DNA of 62,390 nt, filler included, from Babesia bigemina (Eukaryota), in the NCBI RefSeq assembly GCF_000981445.1. It is 7 parts of 7 records of this genome, joined end to end, with 100 filler letters (N's around TTAATTAATTAA, not from the genome) between each part and the next. Parts side by side here need not be neighbours in the genome. Positions count along the whole stretch, not along the records: positions 30,206 to 38,586 come from NW_012237278.1; positions 38,687 to 44,294 come from NW_012237279.1; positions 44,395 to 62,390 come from NW_012237281.1; 4 more parts are not named here. One strand, given 5' to 3'. Both the position numbers and the translations under genes were made by a program. Numbering within the stretch: the first letter of the stretch is position 1; every line of letters starts with the position of its first letter. Shown here piece after piece: positions 37,501 to 48,400 of this stretch. The notes beneath the pieces are model-generated. The model saw only the letters and a program-made list of their open reading frames with translations, was not told where the DNA came from and did not search any database.

Positions 37501-38586
37501 CCAAAAATCCCGGGGCAGGAATCAGAGCCCAGCGAGGTGTCCATAAAGGTTGGAAGCATCAGACTCAGTCTTGACAGATTGCTCGACCACCTCGAAAAAC
37601 CGAAATTATACGCCTACGATCACAAATTCGTCGACTTACTCAAAGATCTTAATGACCTCGTTACCGCTTTACACCCCTCATCTTTCGCCGACTCCCCCTC
37701 CCCCCTCCTCGCCCCCCTCAAGACCGGCCTCTCCGCCTTCACGCAGCAACTCGGCCACGCGTACGTGAACAGGTATAGTGGGAAACAATTCCGGGGTCAA
37801 TTGGTTGAAACTAAGCAAACTAACGTTATGAAAGATGGCAGAACAACCAATGAATCAAAAGAGGATTTAACCCCTGAGGGCCGGAACTGCGCCAAGGTCT
37901 GCCTGACGATAGTGGAGATGGTCTATGATGCTTTTGAAGAATTGAAAAAGAAATGCAGTAACGATTGGTACGGCAAACAAATTAATGCCATTAGTAGTTT
38001 AGGTGGTTATCTTAAGCGGAACGGCTATATTGTTTCGACTGGTTCCTCCAAGCAAGACGGGGAGTTGCGCAATACGGGTGACATGATGGGTCAGCATATT
38101 ATCAAAAATCTCATTGGCGCAATCACAGGCAGCGAAGGAAATGGGCATCTTCAAAAGTGTAAGGACGATGACAAAAACAACTCAGAAGAAAAAGTCACGC
38201 AAGTTGCATCGCCAGCACAGGTCAATGTCATGGCCATACTCAAATGCCTGTTCAGACACATCCGACAATATAATGAGGTCGGTCACTTCGTAATTCACTC
38301 TAAACCTAAAACGCCTTGCAGTATATACGAAATGTTGGTATGGTTCACAGGGCTTACGTATAACAGAGCCTATCAAGCGTTGCAAGATGACGGTTTCACA
38401 GGCCTACTTGTGAAGACTAAGAACCATGTAGTAGAGAGGGACGACGACTTTGAAGTCGAATACGTCGACAAGTCATCCTACTACATAGAAGCGTACCCAC
38501 AGAAAATCACGTACGAAGAAATTATGAAGTCGATCAATGACATGTGCACCAACTCCCATGAGCTGCTCACCACCATCCTCGGCACA
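34564..38586 (+). CDS. ves/VESA-related variant antigen gene D with intact N-terminus (MRHVPKKLTDCPENLRESIDWLIQV...), 3' end lost in gap
   Basis: ATG at 34564 in an AAAATG context, no interruption up to the gap, family motifs present. It is preceded by unique DNA rather than the 22-bp array. Confidence 0.88.
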
Positions 38587-38686
38587 NNNNNNNNNNNNNN
38601 NNNNNNNNNNNNNNNNNNNNNNNNNNNNNNTTAATTAATTAANNNNNNNNNNNNNNNNNNNNNNNNNNNNNNNNNNNNNNNNNNNN
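38587..38686. other. Assembly spacer
   Basis: 44N-TTAATTAATTAA-44N. Confidence 0.98.
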
Positions 38687-41600
38687 CATTCCAACCTTTA
38701 AGTAGATGGTAGTAGAATGAGAACATGTCGTCCAAGGTCCGCGGAGCTCGCTGTAACAAGCACGTAAGTGAGGCGCAGATTGCAGCCAAGGGTGTATTAG
38801 GTGTACCGCAGAAGGCTGCTAAAGCATCTGCGAGATGCGATCCTTTTTTTGTATGTGACGCCGTTACACTGATATCTGCAAAGCCCATTGGAGTTTTGCA
38901 TGGTATGCCACGATGGTTTGGCGCTTCGCAAGTTAGTTTGCAATTGGGTGTTTTGAAGGGGTGAGGGAGAAACCCAGGCAGACCATCCTCCAAGAATGAC
39001 TGCAGAGGCGACTTTATGCCACACTTCGGGTGTTGCTCACACGTTTGGTCAGCGTTTTGGTTACACTTTTGGGCACCTCTTTGGTTGGCAATTAGGTCAG
39101 CGCATTGTATCTCATTGCACTCCCATGACGAACCGCCCACGTGCCGACCATAATAACAATCACGCCACGATACAGCGTTTGATGCACGATGACACTGAAC
39201 GTATATGAAGTAGAGTTGATTATATAGTCTAATCAGTATTTCTATGCATAGGTCTAGACACTTTGACGGATTACTTGGATATGACAACTTGTCCGGGTTC
39301 GTATTGAAATCACAGGCGTAACGACCACCTGCGTGTCCGTGGCCTAGTATTGCACACAATACCTCATACGAATGATGGCATACCTCCATAAGTGTGGTCG
39401 AGAGATTTGCAACGCTGACTTCATGTGGATAAGCTGGCAATGCGTCGGCAGTTTCGTCAACGAAGGATACGTCCTCACTGTCTGCTGGCGCAGATTGTTC
39501 ACCCTTATCGAACAAATCGCTAAATGCGTTAAGCGATAGTTGCGGGTACACTTGATTATATGTTAAGCCACAGAGCCATGAGAGCATCTGGTAAATGTTG
39601 CATGGCAGCTTAGATGACTGTACAGTTGGTAGGTGACAGACAGTGTAGTATTGATTTACATGTTGGAAGATGCACGCTATTATATCGATTAGTCCGAAGT
39701 TGTACCGTTTCCTATTTGGTCTGCACTGCTTAAGATGTTCATTATAGTGCGCGTTTTGAATATTTTGCGTAAGGTGACCAAGTATGTTTCTGCCCATCAT
39801 TTTAGCAGAGCACTGAACCTCGCCATCCTGCCTACCATTCTCACTGCCTAATTTATACCCGCATTTTTGCAGTAGATCACCTAGCGTGTTTTCCTTGTCA
39901 TCAGAAGATGCGTATATTTTGAGCCCCCGCAACACAGTCTTTTCAGTCAACTGCGTATACAACTCAGTCAGGTCATCGGAAAGCATCTTTTGAATTGTCA
40001 AGAAGACTTTCACACCATTTCTGCTTTCCTCAGGTGCTTTGTCCGTAAAAGTACCATCCCACGTAATTCCTTTCGCACAGTCATAAGAGGATATGTATGC
40101 CTTCCTCATCTCGTTAACGAAACCGCGCAGACCAACACGTATGCCATCAAGGATGGCAGTGTTCGGATCGGCAAAATCTTGCGGCGTGAGACCATTGACA
40201 GCGTTCATCAGCTCATCGAGTAGACCGGGTATCTTATAGTCATAATAATTCTTGTCGGTGATGTGTTTGAGTACGTTGCCAAGCGCGGTGTACACAGCTG
40301 TGAGCTTCGATGCGTAGGGATCCGGTGTCTTCGGGAGGGAAGGATTCTTCTTTCTGTTCTCTTCATCGTTACGCCTAGTGATCTCCTGCTGGAGGTAATG
40401 GTTTATTGCGGTGAAAAAATTGTTGAAGGCGAAGGACAGATCACGGACACTTTTTGTCTCCTTTTTAGGAACGATGTTTTCGTTGAAGCTGTTGTAGAGT
40501 TTCTCCATGAAACCCTTGAATCCGATATGCTTGTCATTTTCTATGGCGTCCGGCAGTTTCTCTAACTCCGACTGCAGCTTGGCGACAAATTGCTGTAGCA
40601 ACAGCTTGACGACCGTCACGTGGCTCTGGACGATGCGTGAGGCGAGCTCCTTTTTGACGACATTGACTTCGCAGGTGACGAACTGGGTGACCCTTTTGAC
40701 AAGTTCGTCTTCCAATTTGGGAATGTCACCAAGTAACCTACGGGCGTCAGTGATTGCACCGGTGTCGAGGTTGCTTTTCAGCTCATTTAGCTCATGCGCA
40801 ATTTTTTTAATGCTGTCATCTGCACGCTTGCTACCTTTTACATAATCCGCGAAATGCGTATCTTTCAACACTTTCAGCGTTGTGTTTGCGTTGTACGCTG
40901 GCACCTTAATTGCTTCGCAGAGGTCGTGGAGTCTGGTTGTAACCTCGTTGAAATGGGTGTCGGCTTGACTACTCATTTCGTCGATTTTGGACAAAGCCTC
41001 CTCCACTTTTGTCTTAATCGCACCGATCGCCGCGGGGAGGGTGCCTGCTGCTTTGATGGCGTCGAAGTCAGGGTCGGAAAGGGCAGTCAGGTGTTGTTGG
41101 TCGACGTAGGTATTGTATTCGTTGAACGTTTTCGTTGTTTCAAGCGTCACTTTGTTATCAGCCTCCGTTGGAAAATGTTTTTTCAGCTCTTCAGTCACAT
41201 CGTTGATCGCCTCCTTAATACCCTTTACCTTCTCCTGAACAGCATCCTTCACCTTATACAAATCCCCTTTAAGCGCCTCGTCCATCTTCTTCACATCCGC
41301 AAGCGCCAGCTTTACTGTTTCCGCAACGTTCTCTTTTGCCTTCTGTCCTGCAGCCAACAACTCCTCCGCTTTTCCTTTCAACTGCAGTGCGGCGGCCTCG
41401 ACATTCTGCCTGTTTGCCGACATGGGATTCTCATTCACTTCCCTCAATATACTTTCAACCTGCGCGTGTGCCGACTTAACGTCGGCATCTGCTTTCTTAA
41501 TCCATTCCTGCAACTTGCTGACATACTGCTGCAAACTGGAAAAAATTGTCTCCAGCTTTTTCAAAATCTCCGAAACCCTTCTCTTCAACTCCGCGACTAG

Positions 41601-42479
41601 CGAACTCACATCATTCTTAACTTTTTGGTTTACCACTTTTTTCAAGTTTTCTGCGGAATCTTCGAGCAGCTTTATAACCGCGTCGTAGTTCTCGCGTTCC
41701 TTTTTGGACATCGCCTCAACACGTGCAGTCTCAAGCTGAATACGCTCACGCGTAGTTTTTACACTGTCACGCAATTTATAATTAAGATCATTAATATGCT
41801 TAGTTAACTTAGTAAGTTTGGTGTCAAATGACTTTGCGCTGCTTATGCACGCATCTCTCAACTTATCAACGGGCGAGACAATCTTGCCGATTTCTTCTGG
41901 AGTCATGATTTTCAAGTCCGTTTTATCTGGAATGCTAGTAATTGACTTGGTATACTCGTCTCTCACCTTACCTAATAGTTCATTAATCGGTTCACTTACC
42001 TTGTCATTTGAGTCTACAACTTTCTCATTGTACTGCTTCACCCTGCTGATGACACGGTCTACGACGCTCTTGAAGCCTTCAACACCTGAACATAATTTGG
42101 CATATATTTCACGAATTAAACGGTCTAAAAACATTCGCTAACCTGATTCATAAGGCTGTTTCTCGCTGACATCCTTAAGCACCTGATACAAAAATCCCAT
42201 CACCCCGTCACACAGCCTATCCAGGTCGGAGTACACAATCCCCTTGCCATTGTAGCCTTTGGATTCAGAGTTGAAGCCGAGGAAAGTTTCGACGCCAGAG
42301 CAGAGGTTAGTAAGGATGTTATTAGGGGTGTTATTTGAGGTGTTTTTGAGGTTTTAAATTTTGTCAAATTTCTTGTCAAGCTCCCTAGGCGGCACATGGT
42401 CAGGGCAGTGGCAAGAGGTGGAAGAGGGGAAGTGAAGGGTGACAAGGTACAAGTTATTATTGTAGTTTAAAGAGGTCAT
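38687..42479 (-). pseudogene. ves/VESA-related gene E; leader in frame but two premature stops (TAA 42354-42356, TAG 42138-42140); 3' end lost in gap
   Basis: From ATG 42479 it reads MTSLNYNNNLYLVTLHFPSSTSCHCPDHVPPRELDKKFDKI*NLKN...YSDLDRLCDGVMGFLYQVLKDVSEKQPYESG*RMFLDRL..., continuing into the ORF-track frame that starts at 42134. Confidence 0.85.
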
Positions 42480-42505
42480 AGCGGTATTATGGCGAGGTGA
42501 TTCGA

Positions 42506-42740
42506 GGGATGTAGAGTGGGTTATGGAGCGATGCGGAGTGGGTTAGGGAGCGATGTAGAGTGGATAAAGGGGCGATGTAGAGTGGGTTAGGGAGCGATGA
42601 AGAGTGGGTTAGGGAGCGATGTAGAGTGGGTTAGGGAGCGATGTAGAGTGGGTTAAGGGGCGATGTAGAGTGGGTTAAGGAGCGATGTAGAGTGGATTAG
42701 GGAGCGATGTAGAGTGGATAAGGGGGCGATGTAGAGTGGA
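42506..42740 (-). repeat. Short complete 22-bp array (about 11 units)
   Basis: Bounded by the leader on the left and the variant junction TGATAAACACCACTT (42741-42755) on the right. Confidence 0.95.
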
Positions 42741-42765
42741 TGATAAACACCACTTAGGTCACCAC

Positions 42766-42866
42766 TGTCATCGCTGCCGTGACAATGTCATCGCTGCCGT
42801 GACCATGTCATCGCTGCCGTAACCATGTCATCGCTGCCGTGTCCATGTCATCGCTGCCGTGACCAT
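42766..42866 (-). repeat. 20-bp array (about 5 units)
   Basis: tgtcatcgctgccgtgacca units. Confidence 0.93.
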
Positions 42867-42870
42867 TGAC

Positions 42871-43127
42871 TTGGTCAATTGGTTGGTTATGACATTGGTC
42901 AGCACTTTGGTCATGGCATTGGTCACCACTTTGGTCATGGCATTGGTCAGCACTTAGGTCATGGCATTGGTCAGCACTTTGGTCAGCACTTTGGTCACCA
43001 CTCTGGTCATGGCATTGGTCAACACGTTGGTCAGCACATTGGTCAGCACTTTGGTCACCACTCTGGTCATGGCATTGGTCAGCACATTGGTCAGCACTTA
43101 GGTCAGCACTTTGGTCAGCACTTTGGT
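42871..43127 (-). repeat. 12-bp array (about 21 units)
   Basis: ttggtcagcact / ttggtcatggca units. Confidence 0.92.
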
Positions 43128-43226
43128 AAGGTGCTAGGTCACCTCACTGCTCATGCGATTGGTCATCAACACAATCGTTACTTTGTCTATAACATTAGAT
43201 GTCAGTTGGCAGTTAGGTTGTTTTAA

Positions 43227-43667
43227 TCAGCTGCGCAGTAGATACCGCACCCTGTGGAACGGCCGGATGCGGAAGTAGATCATGGCGCAGATGACGATGA
43301 AGATGAGGGCGACGGCGGCGATGATGTAAGGAACGGGGGTGGATGAAGCAGAGGGGCCGGTGGAATGCTGTAGACCGGTGTGCTGCTCTACGCTGGGGAG
43401 AGAGGAGGGACCGGAAGAACGAAGGGTTTGGGCTTCACGCTGGGATTGAAGTTCGGCTTTATGACGTTCATATCTACAACAGTAACATAGGCATGTGCCC
43501 TTGTTACACTCTCCACATCCGGCAGGATCGCATTCCGCCGCTCCACTTCGGCGATTTTGGTAGAAGGTACGACATTGAAAAAAGCATGAACTACATTGTT
43601 TACAACACAAGTAACAGCAATAACAATTGTTTCCGGTACATCGTTTGTTACACTTACAATAACCCAT
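43227..43667 (-). CDS. Small cysteine-rich protein with C-terminal transmembrane helix (146 aa)
   Basis: ATG start, 18 Cys in the first 64 residues, a Ser/Pro-rich stalk, hydrophobic YIIAAVALIFIVICAMIYF and a basic cytoplasmic tail. No signal peptide is visible. Confidence 0.75.
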   Translation of the reverse strand: MGYCKCNKRCTGNNCYCCYLCCKQCSSCFFQCRTFYQNRRSGAAECDPAGCGECNKGTCLCYCCRYERHKAELQSQREAQTLRSSGPSSLPSVEQHTGLQHSTGPSASSTPVPYIIAAVALIFIVICAMIYFRIRPFHRVRYLLRS

Positions 43668-43679
43668 CTTCCCCTCTCC

Positions 43680-44294
43680 CTCCCAGTCCCCTCAACCTGC
43701 AAACATATCAATCACTCAAGCAGCACTCACCTACTGCAACACTACCACTGCCGCTCCCAGTCCCCTCAACCTGCGAACATATCAATCACCTATGCAAGCA
43801 CTCACCAACTGCAACACGTAACACTGCCGCTCCCTGTCCCCTCAACCTGCAAGCATGTCAATCACCTAGCAACGCACTCACCAACTGCAACGTACCACTG
43901 CCGCTCCCAGTCCCCTTAACCTGCAGACATCAATCACTCAAGCAACGCACTCACCAACTGCAACACTACCACTGCCGCTCCCAGTCCCCTCAACCTGCAA
44001 CCATATCAATCACCTAGCAACGCACTCACCAACTGCAACACGTACCACTGCCACTCCCAGTCCCCTCAACCTGCAGACATATCAATCACCTAGCAACGCA
44101 CTCACCAACTGCAACACTACCACTGCCGCTCCCAGTCCCCTCAACCTGCAACCATATCAATCACCTAGCAACGCACTCACCAACTGCAACACGTACCACT
44201 GCCACTCCCAGTCCCCTCAACCTGCAGACATATCAATCACCTAGCAACGCACTCACCAACTGCAACACTACCACTGCCGCGCCCAGTCCCCTCA
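43680..44294 (-). repeat. ~75-bp tandem array (at least 8 units) built from intron-like modules
   Basis: Units start at ~43680, 43754, 43830, 43904, 43978, 44054, 44129, 44205 and 44280. On - each contains GTGAGT...TGATTGA...GCAG (34-35 nt). Confidence 0.92.
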
Positions 44295-44394
44295 NNNNNN
44301 NNNNNNNNNNNNNNNNNNNNNNNNNNNNNNNNNNNNNNTTAATTAATTAANNNNNNNNNNNNNNNNNNNNNNNNNNNNNNNNNNNNNNNNNNNN
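44295..44394. other. Assembly spacer
   Basis: 44N-TTAATTAATTAA-44N. Confidence 0.98.
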
Positions 44395-44785
44395 GGAGCG
44401 ATGTGGAGTGGGTTAAGGGGCGATGTAGAGTGGAAAAAGGGGCGATGTAGAGTGGGTTAAGGGGCGATGTAGAGTGGGTTAAGGGGCGATGTAGAGTGGG
44501 TTAAGGGGCGATGTAGAGTGGGTTAAGGGGCGATGTGGAGTGGATTAGGGAGCGATGTAGAGTGGGTAAAGGGGCGATGTGGAGTGGGTAAGGGGCGATG
44601 TAGAGTGGATAAGGGAGCGATGTAGAGTGGGTTAAGGGGCGATGTAGAGTGGGTTAGGGAGCGATGTAGAGTGGGTTAGGGAGCGATGTAGAGTGGATAA
44701 AGGGGCGATGTAGAGTGGGTTAGGGAGCGATGTAGAGTGGGTTAGGGAGCGATGTAGAGTGGGTTAGGGAGCGATGTGGAGTGGA
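44395..44785 (-). repeat. 22-bp array
   Basis: G-rich on +; junction 15-mer at 44786-44800. Confidence 0.96.
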
Positions 44786-44800
44786 TAATAATCACCACTT

Positions 44801-45021
44801 GTAACCATGTCATCGCTGCAGTGAATATATGACCACTTGTGACCATGTCATCGTCGCCGTAACCATGTCATCGTCGCCGTAACCATGTCATCGCTGCCGT
44901 GACCATGTCATCGCTGCCGTGGCCATGTCATCGCTGCCTAACCATGTCATCGCTGCCTAACCATGTCATCGCTGCCGTGACCATGCCATCGCTGCCGTGA
45001 CCTTGTCATCGCTGCCGTAAC
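44801..45021 (-). repeat. 20-bp array (about 10 units, first ones degenerate)
   Basis: Read directly. Confidence 0.92.
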
Positions 45022-45027
45022 TGATAA

Positions 45028-45322
45028 CTTGGTCAGGTGCTTGGTCAGCACATTGGTCATAGCATTGGTCACCACTTTGGGCAACACGTTGGTCACCACT
45101 CTGGTCATGGCATTGGTCAGGTGCTTGGTCAGCACCTCGGTCAACACGTTGGTCAGCACTTAGGTCAACACGTTGGTCACCACCTTGGTCACCACATTGG
45201 TCACCACGTTGGTCAGCACCCTGGTTATGGCTTTGGTCAGCACGTTGGTCACCACTTTGGTCAACACATAGGTCAGCACTTTGGTCAGCACTTTGGTCAG
45301 GTGCTTGGTCATGGCATTGGTT
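45028..45322 (-). repeat. 12-bp array (about 24 units)
   Basis: Read directly. Confidence 0.93.
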
Positions 45323-45485
45323 AGGTGGTAGGTCAGCCACTAGATCAGCACATAACCCACGTGTTAACTACTACACAATCACATACAAAGATTAATGAGT
45401 GATACAACAGATTAAAGCACAATTCATAAGTTAGGTGAGTAGGTGATATGCTAGGTGAGTGTAGATAGTGAACACGTGAGTACGA

Positions 45486-48400
45486 TTATGGCTGCAGATA
45501 AAACACCCTGCCCAGTTTGTTAACACGTGCAGCGGCGAGTAGTGATTGAGCAGCAATGCGATGTGATGAGGGTGAGTGCAAGTGAGATTTGATGTGGAGC
45601 AGGTCGAGGCGGATGACCATGATGTGGAGCAGGTAGAGGAGGGAAAGGAGCCAGAGGGTTAATACAGTGATCGAGAAATTAAATCTGATAGCCCATAAGA
45701 AGTTGTCGATTTGCCCGCGTAGTGTGATGAGTACAGACTTCTCTCCTAGCATCAATTTTAACGCTTCGCAGAAATCTTTGCACGTTCGTTTGGTCATGTT
45801 GGTGTTACCTGCGCCACTAAGAGCCCAGGTATTTCCGAATGATAAACCGTATCTATACAGAGTTGGATTGGCGTCCCGGCAGTTGACAATCGATTTGCAT
45901 TTTCTATGGTGGTGCACGTTGAGTGATTTGCCTACTGTTGTGTCACGTGTGTAGTCCACTGAGCACTGCTCAACACAGCTTTTGTCATGGCATTTGGTAC
46001 CGGAAGAACCGCACTTCTTGCAGCAGTCGTCATACAATTTCTTTAGCAAATCGTAAAAGGTTTCTGTGATATAGACTATCCACGAGAGGTGATTTGCCTT
46101 ATGTTCGGAAGAATAAATGCTAAAGTTGTTCGACGTCAGTGGCTTAAGGTAGAGTCCACATGTTTTAACCGACTCCGATTTGCACGTTGATATGCTGCAC
46201 AGATTACCGTTCGTGTGGTTCTCGTGATCCATCTTACCAAACATAATACTAGGGTTAAACCCGTATTCGTGGCCGAAATATGCTTCCTTCACCGCATCAT
46301 TGAAAGATACTTGGGTACGGTTCTCGCCACCTTTGCGCTTATAAAACCCTCCCTCCCAGTTTGTAAAGTAACCATGGAAGAATGCGAAAATGTCACCCAG
46401 AGTCTGAGGAGGCTGTTGCAACAAACATACGAAGTAACCGCAAAGTTTAGTTAGACATGAATCTTTATTACCACAGAAACTGCTGAGAACATCCATGAGG
46501 TATGCGCCTCTCTGAGTATGCGATGCAGCGTTGCTAATGTCGGCAAAGCCCATCGGCGTTTTGCAAGGAATTCCTCTGTGATTCGAAACGGTGCATTCCC
46601 ATTTACAACCCGGTTTAGTGAACGAATGTGGTAGAAAACCGGGCAAACCGTCTTCTAAGAAAGATTGAAGCGGCGACTTTAGTCCGCAGTTGGGATGTTG
46701 GTCACCCTTTTGGTCGTGTATTTGGTCACGTGTTTGCTTACACTTTTGGTCACACGTTTGGTTGAGGCATTGCTTATCGTTGCACCTCCAATCCGACCCA
46801 CCTACGTACCTGCCGTAGTGGCAGTCGTACCAACCGCTCAGTTCAGTAGCGTTGCGACATTGTCTGAAGAGGAAATAGAGTTGCTCATAGAGCCTGTTCA
46901 ATACATCAACCAACATATCAAAGCACTGTGCGGGGGCAGCCGGGTACTGTAAATTGAAGGAGTTGTTCGAGAACTCGCACCCATATTTACCGCCAATGTG
47001 ACCGTTGCCAAGAATTGTGATAAGCAATGCGTACGATTCGGCGCATACATCACGAAGTGCGGTTGTCAAGTGGGCAGGTTGGATTGTAGTTGTGCCAGCT
47101 AGGCTCAGTCTCGAAAAATCAATATTTTTGTACGGCTCATTTTCAAGGTCTTCAGGTTTTTTAAACAATTCTTTAAAATACTGACACAGTGGCTCATAGA
47201 CTGCATTGAACTGTAAGCCGGAACACCACGCAAGCATTTCGTAAACGGAAGACGGCGTCCTCGGTTTCGCAATATGAGTGAAGTGACAAACATTAAAGTA
47301 TAGTACGAGGTGTCCGTGCAGCTTCTGTAAAAGACCGTCTTCCTCCTCATGTTCAACCACTATATGAACACCGCCAGACGACATGGCGGTCGGAGGAGTT
47401 TTAGTTGTGTTGATCAATTTCCCTTTAATGTTATTCATGAGACGATCGTGAATATGTACGCCACAGAAGTTTTCTTTGTTCTTTAATTCAGCGTCGCTGA
47501 TCTCAGCACTTGTCGGAACGTCGTAGCCTGCAGTTTTAAGGAAGTCGCCAAGACCATTATTATTATGTAAATTAATGCTAAGGTTATAATGATCCCCTGT
47601 GACGTTAGTGTTCGTCAGTAGCTCCTCGAATTCAGATAGGAGCATAGGGATAATGGTCAACGCTATTCTTGCGCAATTCATGGCTTCGTTGGTGGGATCG
47701 CCTTGCGCAGCTGGATGAGGAGGTGTCTTTTCCCAGACGATTGGATTATTGCCATCATATGCATTGATGTAGGCGTACTGTAACTCTCTACAAAAATATG
47801 TCATGCCATCCTTAATTATGTTGAGAAGAGTGGGATGATTTCCTTCGCCGAATGTATCGGCGCTTAACTGCTTTACAGCATTGATGAGTGACTGAGAATT
47901 CACTTCAAAGTTGTGATTGAATGTTTTAAGTTCAGCGAGTAACTTTACAACTTTACTTCTAATGGTATCAACCCTGGTTGCATAAGGGTCTTGGACCTGG
48001 GTTCCTGGATTCTGACGTAGAGTCTGTGCGCTTCTTGGTCTTATTTCTTCATCGACATATTCAAATACCCCTTCAAAAAAGTTTAATACTTTCGTACCTA
48101 AATCGTATAACTTCATGCCATTGCTAAGCTCAACTGGCGTCGAACCCTTCAAACGGTTGGTGATCCCATCCTTCAATATAGTCAAGAAACCCTTCACCCC
48201 GCTCCCCCTATCCTCCTCAATTACCCTTTCAATCTCCGCCAACTGCGTCGTGACAACGGTCTCCAGCGCGGTCAGCTCGGCCTGCTTCTGCTTCGCGAAG
48301 AGGGATTGGACTTGGGAGGTGAGGGCGGAGAAGGCGTTTTTAACAGCCGAAAGAGCGAATATTCGTAGGTTCTCAACTGCTGCTTTAGAAGCTTGTTTTG

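Noticed and set aside
40794..41600. Long antisense ORFs within antigen genes
   Set aside because: They are shadow frames of the sense CDS and are not conserved between paralogues.
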